NCBI GenBank assembly: GCA_965223345.1
Contig: CBDCWG010000012.1
Location: 1,984,001 to 2,048,000 of the forward strand
Origin: Nitrospinales bacterium
GTDB taxonomy: Bacteria; Nitrospinota; Nitrospinia; Nitrospinales; VA-1
Length of the DNA stretch: 64,000 nt
Direction: 5' to 3'
The position numbers and the translations under genes are program-made. The notes beneath the pieces were generated by a model. It was not told where the DNA came from. It did no database searches and saw only the letters and a list, made by a program, of their open reading frames with translations. This document shows, piece by piece, positions 37,902-47,420 of this stretch. Numbering within the stretch: the stretch's first letter is position 1; every line of letters starts with the position of its first letter.

Positions 37902-38576
37902 TTATCGGGGAACGGCTTTCGCGGGGCGCAGCCGTGTTTCCTGCGCCAGCTCGTTGCGGATTTTGCGCTGAAGATTGCTCAGCAGCTTGCCCGACCAGTT
38001 TTTCGTCTGGGTGTTGAGAAACCAGGTCGGCAGCCAGCCGCCGGGATTGACCCGCATGCGCACCTGAACGCGGGTGCGCGATTTGTCATCTTTGAGGGCG
38101 GTGAGCAGAAAGTGGCTCTTGCGGATGGTGCCGCGGATCTTGCCGTCGCCGTCGAACGGGTAATCGTCGATCGAGTCCAGCGTGAGCAGGATTTCGTCGC
38201 CGCGGTCGTATTCCTGGCGCGCGTGGTAGATCAGGTAGCGGTCTTTGAACGGCCAGGCCAGTTTGTAGTGGTCGAAATCGATGCGTTCGGTGGCGGAGAT
38301 GTCTTTAAGGATCCTTTTGTTGCGCAGGCCGGGGGTGATGGAAACGGATTTCTTTACATCTTTGAGGAATTCCGCCACGGCGGCCACCGGCGCGTCGATC
38401 ACCGCGTCGTTTTCGATGATCACCCACTGCTCCTCTTCCGTCTCTTCCTTCTGCGGTTGCGGCGCTTCGGAGCCGGAGTCCATCCAGTCATCGACGAAGG
38501 ACCAGCCCGGCGCGTGGGCGAAAAGCAGACAGAACAAAACCGTGAGAAAGAGAGTGCGGGTTTTTCCAGTGGGCAT
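37902..38576 (-). CDS. Secreted START-domain lipid-binding protein
   Basis: Signal peptide; LAWPFKDR, VNPGGWLPTW START motifs. Confidence 0.75.
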   Translation of the reverse strand: MPTGKTRTLFLTVLFCLLFAHAPGWSFVDDWMDSGSEAPQPQKEETEEEQWVIIENDAVIDAPVAAVAEFLKDVKKSVSITPGLRNKRILKDISATERIDFDHYKLAWPFKDRYLIYHARQEYDRGDEILLTLDSIDDYPFDGDGKIRGTIRKSHFLLTALKDDKSRTRVQVRMRVNPGGWLPTWFLNTQTKNWSGKLLSNLQRKIRNELAQETRLRPAKAVPR

Positions 38577-38899
38577 GGGCTTGTGTCCTTGAGCGCGGCG
38601 GGACCGCAATTGATTGAAATTTATGAATTATATTTATTAATAACTGTTGAATTCAGACTTTAATAGATTAAGAAAAAATGACCTCCGCATCAAGAAGGAA
38701 CCTGTTCTCATGCGGCCTGGACACCGCTAAGCCTGTATTTTATAAGGGTTCCATCGATCGCGTCTTTTTTAAGCCGTTTGCCGGCCTGGCTTTGGGAATG
38801 TGAAATACACATTGATTTCAATTCCTTTCCCGGCTTACACTCGCGTTTTCGCCGGGGGCACTCTCCCGCATCCATCCGCTCCGCACTCGCTTGCAACCG

Positions 38900-40024
38900 A
38901 TGCCAACCGCTGACATTCCCGAAAAACTCAAGATCGCCCTGGTCTGCGACTGGTTTCTGCCGCAGATGGGCGGCGTGGAAATGCACCTCGGCGATCTCGC
39001 CCCCAGGCTGGCGCGGGCCGGCCACAGGGTGCACGTGATCACCCCGATACCCGGCCCGCAAACCGGGGAGGGCTACCGGGTGCACCGGCTGGATGTGCCT
39101 TTGTTTCCCAAGTTCCGCTTCGTCTGCACGCGTTCGGCGTTTCGCCGCATTGCGGACATCCTGGAACGGGAGAACTTCGACGTGGTGCATTGTCACGGCA
39201 ACATCTTTTCTCCCACGGCCTACGGGACGCTGTATCTGGCGCAGAAACGCGGCATCCCGGCGCTCATCACCTGGCATTCGATTCTCGGGCCCTACCGCTG
39301 GGCGCTGCGATTTTTGGACTGGGTGTTTCGCTGGTCGCGCTGGCCGGTGCTGTTTTCCGCAGTGAGCGGCGTGGTGGCTGAGGGCGTGCGGACGCTGGTC
39401 GAGGCAGTGCACGTTCTGCCCAACGGCATGGACGTGGCCGCCTGGCGCACCGAACCGAAGGAAAGGCCGGCCGGGGTCATCCGGCTGGTCTCGGTGATGC
39501 GCCTTTACCGCAAGAAGCGGGCGAAAGCGCTGGTGGCGATGCTGCCCGGCATCGTCGCGGCGCTGCCGAAGGATCTGAGTCTCAATGTGCAGATCGTCGG
39601 CGAAGGGCCGGACCGTGCGGAACTCGCGCGTATGATCCGAAGCCTGGAGCTTGAAGACACGGTGGAACTTTTGGGACACAAGGAACGCAGCGAGATTCTC
39701 GCAATTTTCGCGCGTGCGGATCTTTACGTGCAGCCCACCATCTGGGAATCGTTCGGTCTGGCGGCGCTGGAAGCGCGCTGCGCCGGGCTGCCGGTGGTGG
39801 CGCGCTCGCAGGGCGGCGTGCGGGAGATCGTCGGGGAAGGCGGCCTGTACGGGGAAACCGACCGGGACGTGCAGGAACAGATCCTGCGTCTGATTGAAGA
39901 CGAACCCTTGCGGCGTTCCATCGCCAAGCGCAACCGGGAAACCACCCCGCCGCTGGACTGGAGCGACGTGCTGGCGCGGCACGAGGTTTTATATCGACAG
40001 GCGATCGAAAAAATTAAAACGTAA
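38900..40024 (+). CDS. GT4 glycosyltransferase, PIG-A-like
   Basis: IALVCDWFLPQMGGVEMH, VVHCHG, TWHS, VLPNG, MRLYRKK, VGEGP, ESFGLAALEA..AGLPVV...GGVREIV. Confidence 0.85.
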   Translation: MPTADIPEKLKIALVCDWFLPQMGGVEMHLGDLAPRLARAGHRVHVITPIPGPQTGEGYRVHRLDVPLFPKFRFVCTRSAFRRIADILERENFDVVHCHGNIFSPTAYGTLYLAQKRGIPALITWHSILGPYRWALRFLDWVFRWSRWPVLFSAVSGVVAEGVRTLVEAVHVLPNGMDVAAWRTEPKERPAGVIRLVSVMRLYRKKRAKALVAMLPGIVAALPKDLSLNVQIVGEGPDRAELARMIRSLELEDTVELLGHKERSEILAIFARADLYVQPTIWESFGLAALEARCAGLPVVARSQGGVREIVGEGGLYGETDRDVQEQILRLIEDEPLRRSIAKRNRETTPPLDWSDVLARHEVLYRQAIEKIKT

Positions 40025-40060
40025 GAGCGAGCCGGAGTGTTTGTCCGTGAGGGCTGTGCG

Positions 40061-41056
40061 TCACTCCGCCGGGGCGGCGGCGGGCTGCACGGGAGGCGCG
40101 GGGTAGAAATTGCGGAACAGCAGGATGCCGTAACCGACCACGAATTTGGGAATCAGGTAGAGGATGTGCTGGAACAGGGCCAGGCCGAGAGACAGCTCCG
40201 GCGACAGGCCGAGGTACTGGTAGATGAAAAAGACCGTCGCCTCGTAAATTCCGAGATTGCCGGGCGACACGGGCACCATGGTGGCGAGGCTGACCCCGGC
40301 CATGACGAACAGGGCGGTCCAGAACGGCAGTTCGAGCCCGAAACTTTTCTGCACGCAGTAGACCAGACCCACCTCGCCGCCCTTCATCAGCAGGGCCAGA
40401 AGCAGCCCCAGGGCGAACACTCTCCAGCTTCTGAGCGCTTCCAGATGATTGCCCCAGCGGGAAATGAAGTGCCAGAGTTTTTTCCAGCGCGGGCTCGAGT
40501 GGTTGCGCATGAAGCCTTTGAGCTGCCGGTGACGGAAGGCGCTGAAGAACAGCACCACAGCGAACAGGAAGATCACGCCGCAGGCCGCGAGGATGCCGGT
40601 TTTCATCCAGGCGGGCAGGGGGGTGAGCGTGGCCACCAGGATGAACAACGTGAGTTTGGCGAAGCCTTCTGCCAGTTGATCGAGCGCCATCACCGAAAGC
40701 GCAACCGGGGTGCCGGTCTTTTCCCGCTTGGCCAGAAGGACGATCCCCAGCGCGTGCCCGGCCAGAAACGGCAAGGTGTTCGCGGTCATGGCGATGAGGG
40801 CGTTGATCTCCAGCATGCGGCCGAAATGCACGCGGTATCCGCGGGGTAGAAACACGCTCCATTGCATCGCCCAGAATCCCAGTACGGAAAGATCCGCCAG
40901 CGCCGCCAGCACCAGCCAGCCTCCGTGGACGCTGGACCACTCCGCCAGTGCCTTGTCCCACTGGATCTGCCGCACGCAAAAGTAGATCGCCGCCGTGGCG
41001 ATCGCCCAGGCGAGAACCCAGAGCCATTTTTTGTGCGGGTGCTGTGTGAGAGACAT
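40061..41056 (-). CDS. LPG_synthase_TM (MprF-N/AglD2-like) flippase-like membrane protein
   Basis: ANTLPF..G, DQLAEG, PVSPGNLGIYE, ALFQH; about 8 TM. Confidence 0.8.
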   Translation of the reverse strand: MSLTQHPHKKWLWVLAWAIATAAIYFCVRQIQWDKALAEWSSVHGGWLVLAALADLSVLGFWAMQWSVFLPRGYRVHFGRMLEINALIAMTANTLPFLAGHALGIVLLAKREKTGTPVALSVMALDQLAEGFAKLTLFILVATLTPLPAWMKTGILAACGVIFLFAVVLFFSAFRHRQLKGFMRNHSSPRWKKLWHFISRWGNHLEALRSWRVFALGLLLALLMKGGEVGLVYCVQKSFGLELPFWTALFVMAGVSLATMVPVSPGNLGIYEATVFFIYQYLGLSPELSLGLALFQHILYLIPKFVVGYGILLFRNFYPAPPVQPAAAPAE

Positions 41057-41101
41057 GAGGGGTGTCCGCTGCGAAAAGGCGAATCCGACCGAATCCGGCG
41101 G

Positions 41102-41818
41102 TTACGCGGCCAGAGTCGGTTCGGGGTGGAGTTCGTTCATCTTCAAGAACGTGAAATTCTGTTTCTTGAACTGCCTGAGCACCGCCCGCACGCATTCCAG
41201 GGCGGTGTCACCGGTCTTGAAGCGGCAGTCGTAGCGCAGGTTTTCCCCGGTCAGGTCCACGAACTCCCAGGGGTGCACGTACAACACCACCGGGGACGTC
41301 AGCGCGTTGAGATAAGGAGTGCGTATCCACCGCGGCAGCCGCAGCGCCGATGAGGTGACCGAAACCGGAACCCGCGTGAGGCCAGAGGGCCGGGATTTTT
41401 TGTAATACGAAAGCTTGTACTTGGCCTGCGAGGAATCGAGCAGAAAGCCCGACTCTTCCAGAAGATCGAGGTGCGCGTCGGGAAACTGCAAATAGGGCGC
41501 ACGGAACGAGGTCACCGGGCCGAATTCGCGCAGGATCTCAGCCGAGGTGCGGATGTCTTCGCGCGCGGCTTCGGTGTCCAGCGTCATGAAGTCTTTGTGC
41601 GCGTGCCCGTGGCTTCCCAGTTCGTGGCCCTGGGCGACGATCTTTTGCGCGTATTCCGGGAAATCCCGCGCCACCTGGCCGGTGGTGAAAAAGGTGGCCG
41701 CTACCTTTTCCTGTTGCAAAAGCCGCAGCAGCGGGTCCATGCCCTCTTCGATGCCGCGGAACGTGCCCATGTAGGGCAGGCAGTCCGGTTCCACATCGAT
41801 GGTGAAGCAGGCTTTCAT
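41102..41818 (-). CDS. Polysaccharide deacetylase (CE4/NodB fold)
   Basis: FTIDVE, ATFFTTG, HELGSHGHAH, FRAPY, DSS, YVHPWE; GAGGGAG RBS. Confidence 0.88.
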   Translation of the reverse strand: MKACFTIDVEPDCLPYMGTFRGIEEGMDPLLRLLQQEKVAATFFTTGQVARDFPEYAQKIVAQGHELGSHGHAHKDFMTLDTEAAREDIRTSAEILREFGPVTSFRAPYLQFPDAHLDLLEESGFLLDSSQAKYKLSYYKKSRPSGLTRVPVSVTSSALRLPRWIRTPYLNALTSPVVLYVHPWEFVDLTGENLRYDCRFKTGDTALECVRAVLRQFKKQNFTFLKMNELHPEPTLAA

Positions 41819-42060
41819 TAGTGTGTCTCCCTCGGGTTTCTCTGCCGGAAAAAAGGCGGGAAGCGGTTTGGACATCGCTCGGCGTTTCCAGGCCAGGCGG
41901 CCTGGGCCACGCGCCGGAGCACGCATCAATATAACATTGTTTCGGCTTCCCATCCACCGGCGAACGGGTAGTTCCGCCGGATTTTGCAGCGGGGATCTGT
42001 TAAGATTCAGTCCGTTTGCCAATCGTTGCCGGATCTCAATTCCGGCGGATTCGATCCTCC

Positions 42061-43698
42061 ATGCTCTCAATCAGACAGTTCAGCGTTGCTTTTCTTGCCA
42101 TTGCGGTGCTCGCGGCCTATTTCCTCGCGGTTTCCGGGAACAAGCTGGGAATCCGCGTGCTCGACGGGTATCTGACGTTTTACGCCCTCACGCTGTTTTG
42201 CGCCTGGGGCGTGCTCGGCCGTCCGTGGACCCGGGCGTCGGCAAGGAAAAACCGGGTGTGGATTCAGCGATTGGAGCGGGTTTCGGCGCGGTCTTTTCAA
42301 TGGGTGTGTGCGCTTTCGCTGCTGTTCTTTCTCGCGTGGACGCTGCTGTTTTTTTTGAAGCATTACTCCTTCAACACGGACATCATCGATTCGGGCGTGT
42401 ACAGCAACGTGGTGTTCAACTCCAGCGAGGGCCGCTATTTTTATTCCTCACATTACAAGTACCACTCCCTGGGCGAGCATTTCTCGCCCATCGTGCTGAT
42501 CTTCGTTCCCCTTTTCTGGATTGAGCCCAGCCTGCTCTGGATGATCGTCGTGCAGGCGGCGGCCATCGCGGTGGGGCCGGTGATCCTGTATTTCATCCTG
42601 AAAGCATGCATCGAGGATGCGAAGACGGCGCGGATGCTCGCCCTGTTTGCGGCGATTTTGTGGCTTTCCTTTCCGGCGCTGCTCAATGCGCTGGGAGGGT
42701 TTCATCCTTCGACGCTGGCGCCTCCGTTCATCCTGCTGGCGTTCTACCTGCTTGTGCGCGAGCGCTGGTTTTGGTTCTGGGGCTGCATGCTGTTTTTGCT
42801 GTTGTTCAAGGAGAACCTGTCGCTGGTGTGGATCGCGTTCGGCCTGTACGCGATTTGCATCCCCAGGCGCATCAAACTGGGACTGGCGCTGCTGGTGTTG
42901 GGCGCGCTGTGGGGCATCGCGGTCACCAAGGGGATCATCCCTTATTTCCGGGGCGGCGCCTGGGAGCATCCGGGGCGGCTGGGGCCCACCTCGCATCTTC
43001 TGCTCAAACTCAAATACCTGATCGTTTATGTGTTTCTGCCGATCGCGTTTTTGCCCCTGGCGGACTGGCGCACGCTTCCGATGATCGCGCCGCCGCTGGC
43101 TCTCAATCTGGCGGTGAAATACAAAAACCAGTTTCTGGGGATCTATCATTACGACGACATCCTGGTGCCGTTGCTGTTTGCGGCGGCGGTCTACGGGTTC
43201 CTCCGCCTGCGCAAAGCGAAATTCTGGCGGCGGTTGTGGCGATTCCAGGCGCGTTACGTCATGGGGTGGTTTCTCGTGCCGCTGGGCTTTGCGGTGGCCT
43301 ATCCTCTGGTGCATGCGGTGATGTTCTTTCCCGGCGAGACGCAGCGGGCGGTCGCGCGTGAGGTGGGCGTGGTCAAGGAGCGCTGGCCGGACCGGAAAAT
43401 CCACATGCAGTATCCCCTGGGAGCGCATCTGAACCTGCGCCCCGATTCGCAACCTCTGAAAGGCGATTTTGCGGACTGGAAATTCGAGCCCGGCGATCTG
43501 GTCGTGCTGGCCCCCGCGCTCAAGGGCCTGCGCACGGCACATTATTGGGAAATAAACGATTACCCCGGCGCTCTGAAGTATTTTTCCGACCGGGTGGGAA
43601 AACGCTTTAAAAAAATTGATTCCGGCTTTCGTTTTCTTGTACTTTACGAAGTCCTTGAAGCCCCCGGCCGGGACGCAACAGCACCCTCCGCGGACTGA
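42061..43698 (+). CDS. DUF2079 membrane protein (predicted GT-C glycosyltransferase)
   Basis: DSGVY, LGEHFSPI, FHP, KEN, YHY motifs; many TM helices. Confidence 0.78.
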   Translation: MLSIRQFSVAFLAIAVLAAYFLAVSGNKLGIRVLDGYLTFYALTLFCAWGVLGRPWTRASARKNRVWIQRLERVSARSFQWVCALSLLFFLAWTLLFFLKHYSFNTDIIDSGVYSNVVFNSSEGRYFYSSHYKYHSLGEHFSPIVLIFVPLFWIEPSLLWMIVVQAAAIAVGPVILYFILKACIEDAKTARMLALFAAILWLSFPALLNALGGFHPSTLAPPFILLAFYLLVRERWFWFWGCMLFLLLFKENLSLVWIAFGLYAICIPRRIKLGLALLVLGALWGIAVTKGIIPYFRGGAWEHPGRLGPTSHLLLKLKYLIVYVFLPIAFLPLADWRTLPMIAPPLALNLAVKYKNQFLGIYHYDDILVPLLFAAAVYGFLRLRKAKFWRRLWRFQARYVMGWFLVPLGFAVAYPLVHAVMFFPGETQRAVAREVGVVKERWPDRKIHMQYPLGAHLNLRPDSQPLKGDFADWKFEPGDLVVLAPALKGLRTAHYWEINDYPGALKYFSDRVGKRFKKIDSGFRFLVLYEVLEAPGRDATAPSAD

Positions 43699-43873
43699 AA
43701 CAACAGAATCCGCTGCCGCCGGAGGCCGCCCCGTTTCGGGGCGCATAAGAAATGACACTAAAATTCAAATATTTGCGGAAATTTTAGTGAAAATAGATCA
43801 TACTGTCAGTCGATCGATTGCCTGCGCCTGAGTGTTCATGCGATCCCAAAACCGGTTTCCCGCACAACGCGGG

Positions 43874-45913
43874 ATGAGACGTCTTCCCTCCATGATTTCT
43901 AGGCTTTACAACAAACTCAAACCGCATTTTTTCCATCCCATCGCCCTGACGGTGTTGATCGTTATCCTGGCGCGGTTTTTGAGCATCCTGCATCATTGTT
44001 TCGGCACCGACCCGGGGGGGCACAAGATCGTCGCCGCGTCGTTTCACACCGCACTGCTGGCGACTTCCCACCATCTGCCGGAACTGCTGCTGATCGGCGC
44101 GTTCTTTTTGATTTCATGGAAAATACTGGTTCCCCTGCGTCCGTTCGTCACTGCGAGCGCGCTTCTGGTTTTCGGGGCGATCCTGCTATTGGGGCAGATC
44201 GATTTCGGCCTGCTGCGCTTTCTGGGGCAGCGGTTCACGCCCTCGATGATGCAGACCTACGTCGGCCCGGAGATGGTTTCCACACAGTTGTACCGGCCGC
44301 TGCTCAACGATTTCGGCTATGTGGCGATGAACCTCGGCACCGCTTTCGCCGGCTGGCTGGCGATGGGCTGGGGCACTTACGTTTACTGGCGCAAGCAGAG
44401 GGAGCCCGGCATTTCCAAATCCCTGATCCTGGCGCTGGTCGTGTGCGCGGGGATTCTGTATCTGCCCGCCTACGCCATCGGGCATTCGCGCGGCGAGATC
44501 TTCAAGCCGGCCGAATGGCTGTTCGTGGAGACGCTGCTGAAAAAACAGGAGACCGCGCCTCCGCAAAACATGCAGGCGGCGCGGGACGACCTGCGCGCCC
44601 TGGTGGACATCGACGGCGTGCATGAATGGCTGGAGCCCGACTACCCGTTGATCAAACGAAAACCGGTGGTCATGCGAGCCTCGACCGGAGCGCACGGCGA
44701 ACGGCCGAACATCATTTTCATCGTCGTCGAATCGCTGCGCGGGCGGGACGTGGGCTACGGGCTGCATCGCAGGGAAAAAAGCAACACGCCGCGCCTGGAC
44801 AAGCTGGCGAAACAGTCGGTGGTGTTCCCGCGTTACATCGCCAACGGCAGTCCCAGCACGCGCGCGTTTTTCGCGATCAACACGTCGGTGCTGCCGCACC
44901 GGGAAAAATTCGTGATCTCCAGTTTCATGGACCTCAACGTCGATGCGCTTCCCAAGCGGCTGAAGGATTTCGGTTACGTCACGTTCGCGTTGTGGGGTTC
45001 CAATCCGAGTTTCGACAACCAGCTCGACTGGGGGCGGCGCTGGTACGACCACCTGGACTTCGAGCTGCCGGAAAACCAGCTTCTGATCACCAAACGCATC
45101 AGCGACCAGCTCATCATGGACCGGCTGCTCAACCTGATCGACGCGCACGACGCCAAGCAGACCGGCCAGCCGTTTTTTGCCTACGTCGCCACGACGGGAA
45201 CGCACTACCCTTACACCAAGGAGGACTCCTATTTCGTGCCGCTGTCGGCGATGGGCGACGCCAGCGACGTGAGCACCGGCGGCATCGAGGATGTGCAGGT
45301 GCGCTACGACATTACCTTGAAGAATCTCGATTATCATGTCGGGCGGGTGGTGGACTCCCTGGAGAAGAGCGGCAAGCTGGACAACACGCTGATCGTCGTG
45401 GTGGGGGACCATGCGGACAACACCAACGAAAATGTGAACCCGGGCCTGCGCGGGATGCCGGTGGATTACCGGGTCTGGACCTCGGCGCTGATTTACGGTC
45501 CCGAGCGATTGATCGGACCGCCGCGGGTCGAACCCTTCCCGGCCAGCCATGTGGACCTGATGCCCACCATCCTCAATATCGTCGGCGACACGCGGCCGAA
45601 CGCGTCGATGGGGATGGATCTGTTCGCCGACATTCCTCACTCCAAGCGGCGTGCGGTGGCGATCCGCGAAACCGGATTCCGGGTCGATCAGGGCGAGCAC
45701 TCTCTGTTTGTGCGCACGGGCGATCCGAAGTCGTTCTGGGTGTCCCGGTCTTTCGAAAAGCAGGCCACCTTTTCCACGTCTGTCGAGGGCACCCCTTTTT
45801 CTCCCGAAGACGCGGCGAAATGGAACGACCGGATTTATTATCTTTCCTATCTGATCGAGAACAACCGCATCTGGAACGAGCGCACCTTCCAGCAGCAGGC
45901 CCAGGGAGGCTGA
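43874..45913 (+). CDS. LTA-synthase family protein (TM domain plus alkaline-phosphatase/sulfatase-fold domain)
   Basis: About 5 TM, then PNIIFIVVESL, SPSTRA (candidate Thr nucleophile), TTGTHYPY, VGDH, SHVDLMPTIL. Confidence 0.85.
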   Translation: MRRLPSMISRLYNKLKPHFFHPIALTVLIVILARFLSILHHCFGTDPGGHKIVAASFHTALLATSHHLPELLLIGAFFLISWKILVPLRPFVTASALLVFGAILLLGQIDFGLLRFLGQRFTPSMMQTYVGPEMVSTQLYRPLLNDFGYVAMNLGTAFAGWLAMGWGTYVYWRKQREPGISKSLILALVVCAGILYLPAYAIGHSRGEIFKPAEWLFVETLLKKQETAPPQNMQAARDDLRALVDIDGVHEWLEPDYPLIKRKPVVMRASTGAHGERPNIIFIVVESLRGRDVGYGLHRREKSNTPRLDKLAKQSVVFPRYIANGSPSTRAFFAINTSVLPHREKFVISSFMDLNVDALPKRLKDFGYVTFALWGSNPSFDNQLDWGRRWYDHLDFELPENQLLITKRISDQLIMDRLLNLIDAHDAKQTGQPFFAYVATTGTHYPYTKEDSYFVPLSAMGDASDVSTGGIEDVQVRYDITLKNLDYHVGRVVDSLEKSGKLDNTLIVVVGDHADNTNENVNPGLRGMPVDYRVWTSALIYGPERLIGPPRVEPFPASHVDLMPTILNIVGDTRPNASMGMDLFADIPHSKRRAVAIRETGFRVDQGEHSLFVRTGDPKSFWVSRSFEKQATFSTSVEGTPFSPEDAAKWNDRIYYLSYLIENNRIWNERTFQQQAQGG

Positions 45914-45923
45914 AGCCGCAGGC

Positions 45924-46655
45924 TCAATTGAAGGGCGGCTTGGTCTTTCGTTCCATGTCCTGAGCGGTGAAGTGCCTTCTCTCCTCAAGGCGGGGCCGTT
46001 TGCGGTTGGCGATGGAGATGGCGTGCGCGTCGTTGGTTTCCTCGCCGAGCTTTAACGCGATTTCCACTTCCTCAAGGGCCTTGTCCCAATCCTCCATCCG
46101 TTCGTAAACGCTGATCAGGTTGAGGTGCGCCTGGATGTGCCCGGGGTCGATGGCGATCACCTTGCGGTAATACTCGGCGGATTCTGTGAGTTTCTGCGCG
46201 TACCAGTATTCCAGCGCGATCTTGAAGTGCAGCGCCGCGTCGCCGGGCCGGTTTTGCGCGGCTTTGATGTACTCCTTTGCGGCGGCGACGTTGCGGTTCA
46301 TCTTGCCGTACACCGAGGCGAGACCGAGGCGGGCGTCGAGGTGATCCGCATCGAGCTTGAGCGTTTTTTCGTACGCGGCGACGGCTTCTTTGCGTTTGTC
46401 CCATTCTTCATACACCGCGCCGAGGCGGTGGTGCGCGGCCACGTGATCCGGGTGTTTCTGCAGTACCCGGTTCAGAATGTCCACCGCTTCGGCCAGCGCG
46501 CCGAGCTCCTGTTCTTCCTGTGCGCGCTGCACCCAGTAGGCCGGGTCTTCCGGTTCGCTCGTTTGGGCGTTCTCGGTATCCGGGCCGTCACCGCAACCCA
46601 GGAAAATCCAGGCGAAGCAGACGAGCGGAATCAGGCATCGGACGATCGGGGACAC
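45924..46655 (-). CDS. TPR-repeat lipoprotein
   Basis: Lipobox IFLGC; repeated TPR motifs (AHHRLGAVY, ARLGLASVY, AHLNLISVY). Confidence 0.85.
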   Translation of the reverse strand: MSPIVRCLIPLVCFAWIFLGCGDGPDTENAQTSEPEDPAYWVQRAQEEQELGALAEAVDILNRVLQKHPDHVAAHHRLGAVYEEWDKRKEAVAAYEKTLKLDADHLDARLGLASVYGKMNRNVAAAKEYIKAAQNRPGDAALHFKIALEYWYAQKLTESAEYYRKVIAIDPGHIQAHLNLISVYERMEDWDKALEEVEIALKLGEETNDAHAISIANRKRPRLEERRHFTAQDMERKTKPPFN

Positions 46656-46817
46656 GGGGTTCTCCGGGGAAATGGGATGAAAAAGCGGCGTCTTGCAGCC
46701 ATTTTCGAAAGCTCTAAGGGTACCGCAAATTTTTCCGGTTTATAATAAAAAGAGCGGGAAGCGCCGGCGATCGCTATCGGTGGCCGGATACGTGCGCGTT
46801 TTTAACAGGATCAAGAC

Positions 46818-47258
46818 ATGGATCAAAAACAGGCCCTGGCGGCCATCGACCGGGTGTTCGGCGGACTGCCGCGGCCGGAGCCTCTGATCCGGAACCCAAA
46901 CCATTGCTGCGAGTGCGCCGAACACGAGGAGACGTTGAGCGTGGTGACGCCCGAGACGATCGGGCTGGAGCAGGTCGGCAGCCCGGCCTGGGACCCGGTG
47001 TGCTATCTGTCCGATGCGGGATACCGCTATTTCATGCCGGGGCTGGCGCGGCTGGCCCTGGGAACCGGCGAGGCGTATTATCTGGACCAGTTTCTGTTTC
47101 ACCTTGACTCCGGACGGGTGGATGTGCTGAGCGAATCGGAAAAAAAGGCCGTCGCGACGTTTCTCGATCACGTGCTGGAGACGATGTGCGAGGAAGTCGA
47201 TGAGAGCATGAACCTGATCGAGCTGGGCCGTGTGATGGACAAGCTCGCGGGAACGTGA
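46818..47258 (+). CDS. Hypothetical protein
   Basis: 146-aa ORF with HCCECAEH motif and YRYFMPGLARL. Confidence 0.65.
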   Translation: MDQKQALAAIDRVFGGLPRPEPLIRNPNHCCECAEHEETLSVVTPETIGLEQVGSPAWDPVCYLSDAGYRYFMPGLARLALGTGEAYYLDQFLFHLDSGRVDVLSESEKKAVATFLDHVLETMCEEVDESMNLIELGRVMDKLAGT

Positions 47259-47420
47259 GCGTTTCCTCGCTCAAAATGGCCGGTGGTTCCCTCCCTCCTT
47301 TTTTATTATAATACGGCGGTTTTGCACGATCGCAGTCTCGCCCGTTCGCTCATGCGGCGAACCCATTCCCACTGATTTCCGGTCTTTGCTGTGCCTTCCC
47401 CAGCCCAACCCGAACCGAAG

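Noticed and set aside
19323..45913. Reading the PKS region as an antibiotic-type secondary metabolite cluster
   Set aside because: Single fully reducing module without release domain, dedicated exporter or resistance gene; the neighbours are membrane-lipid enzymes.
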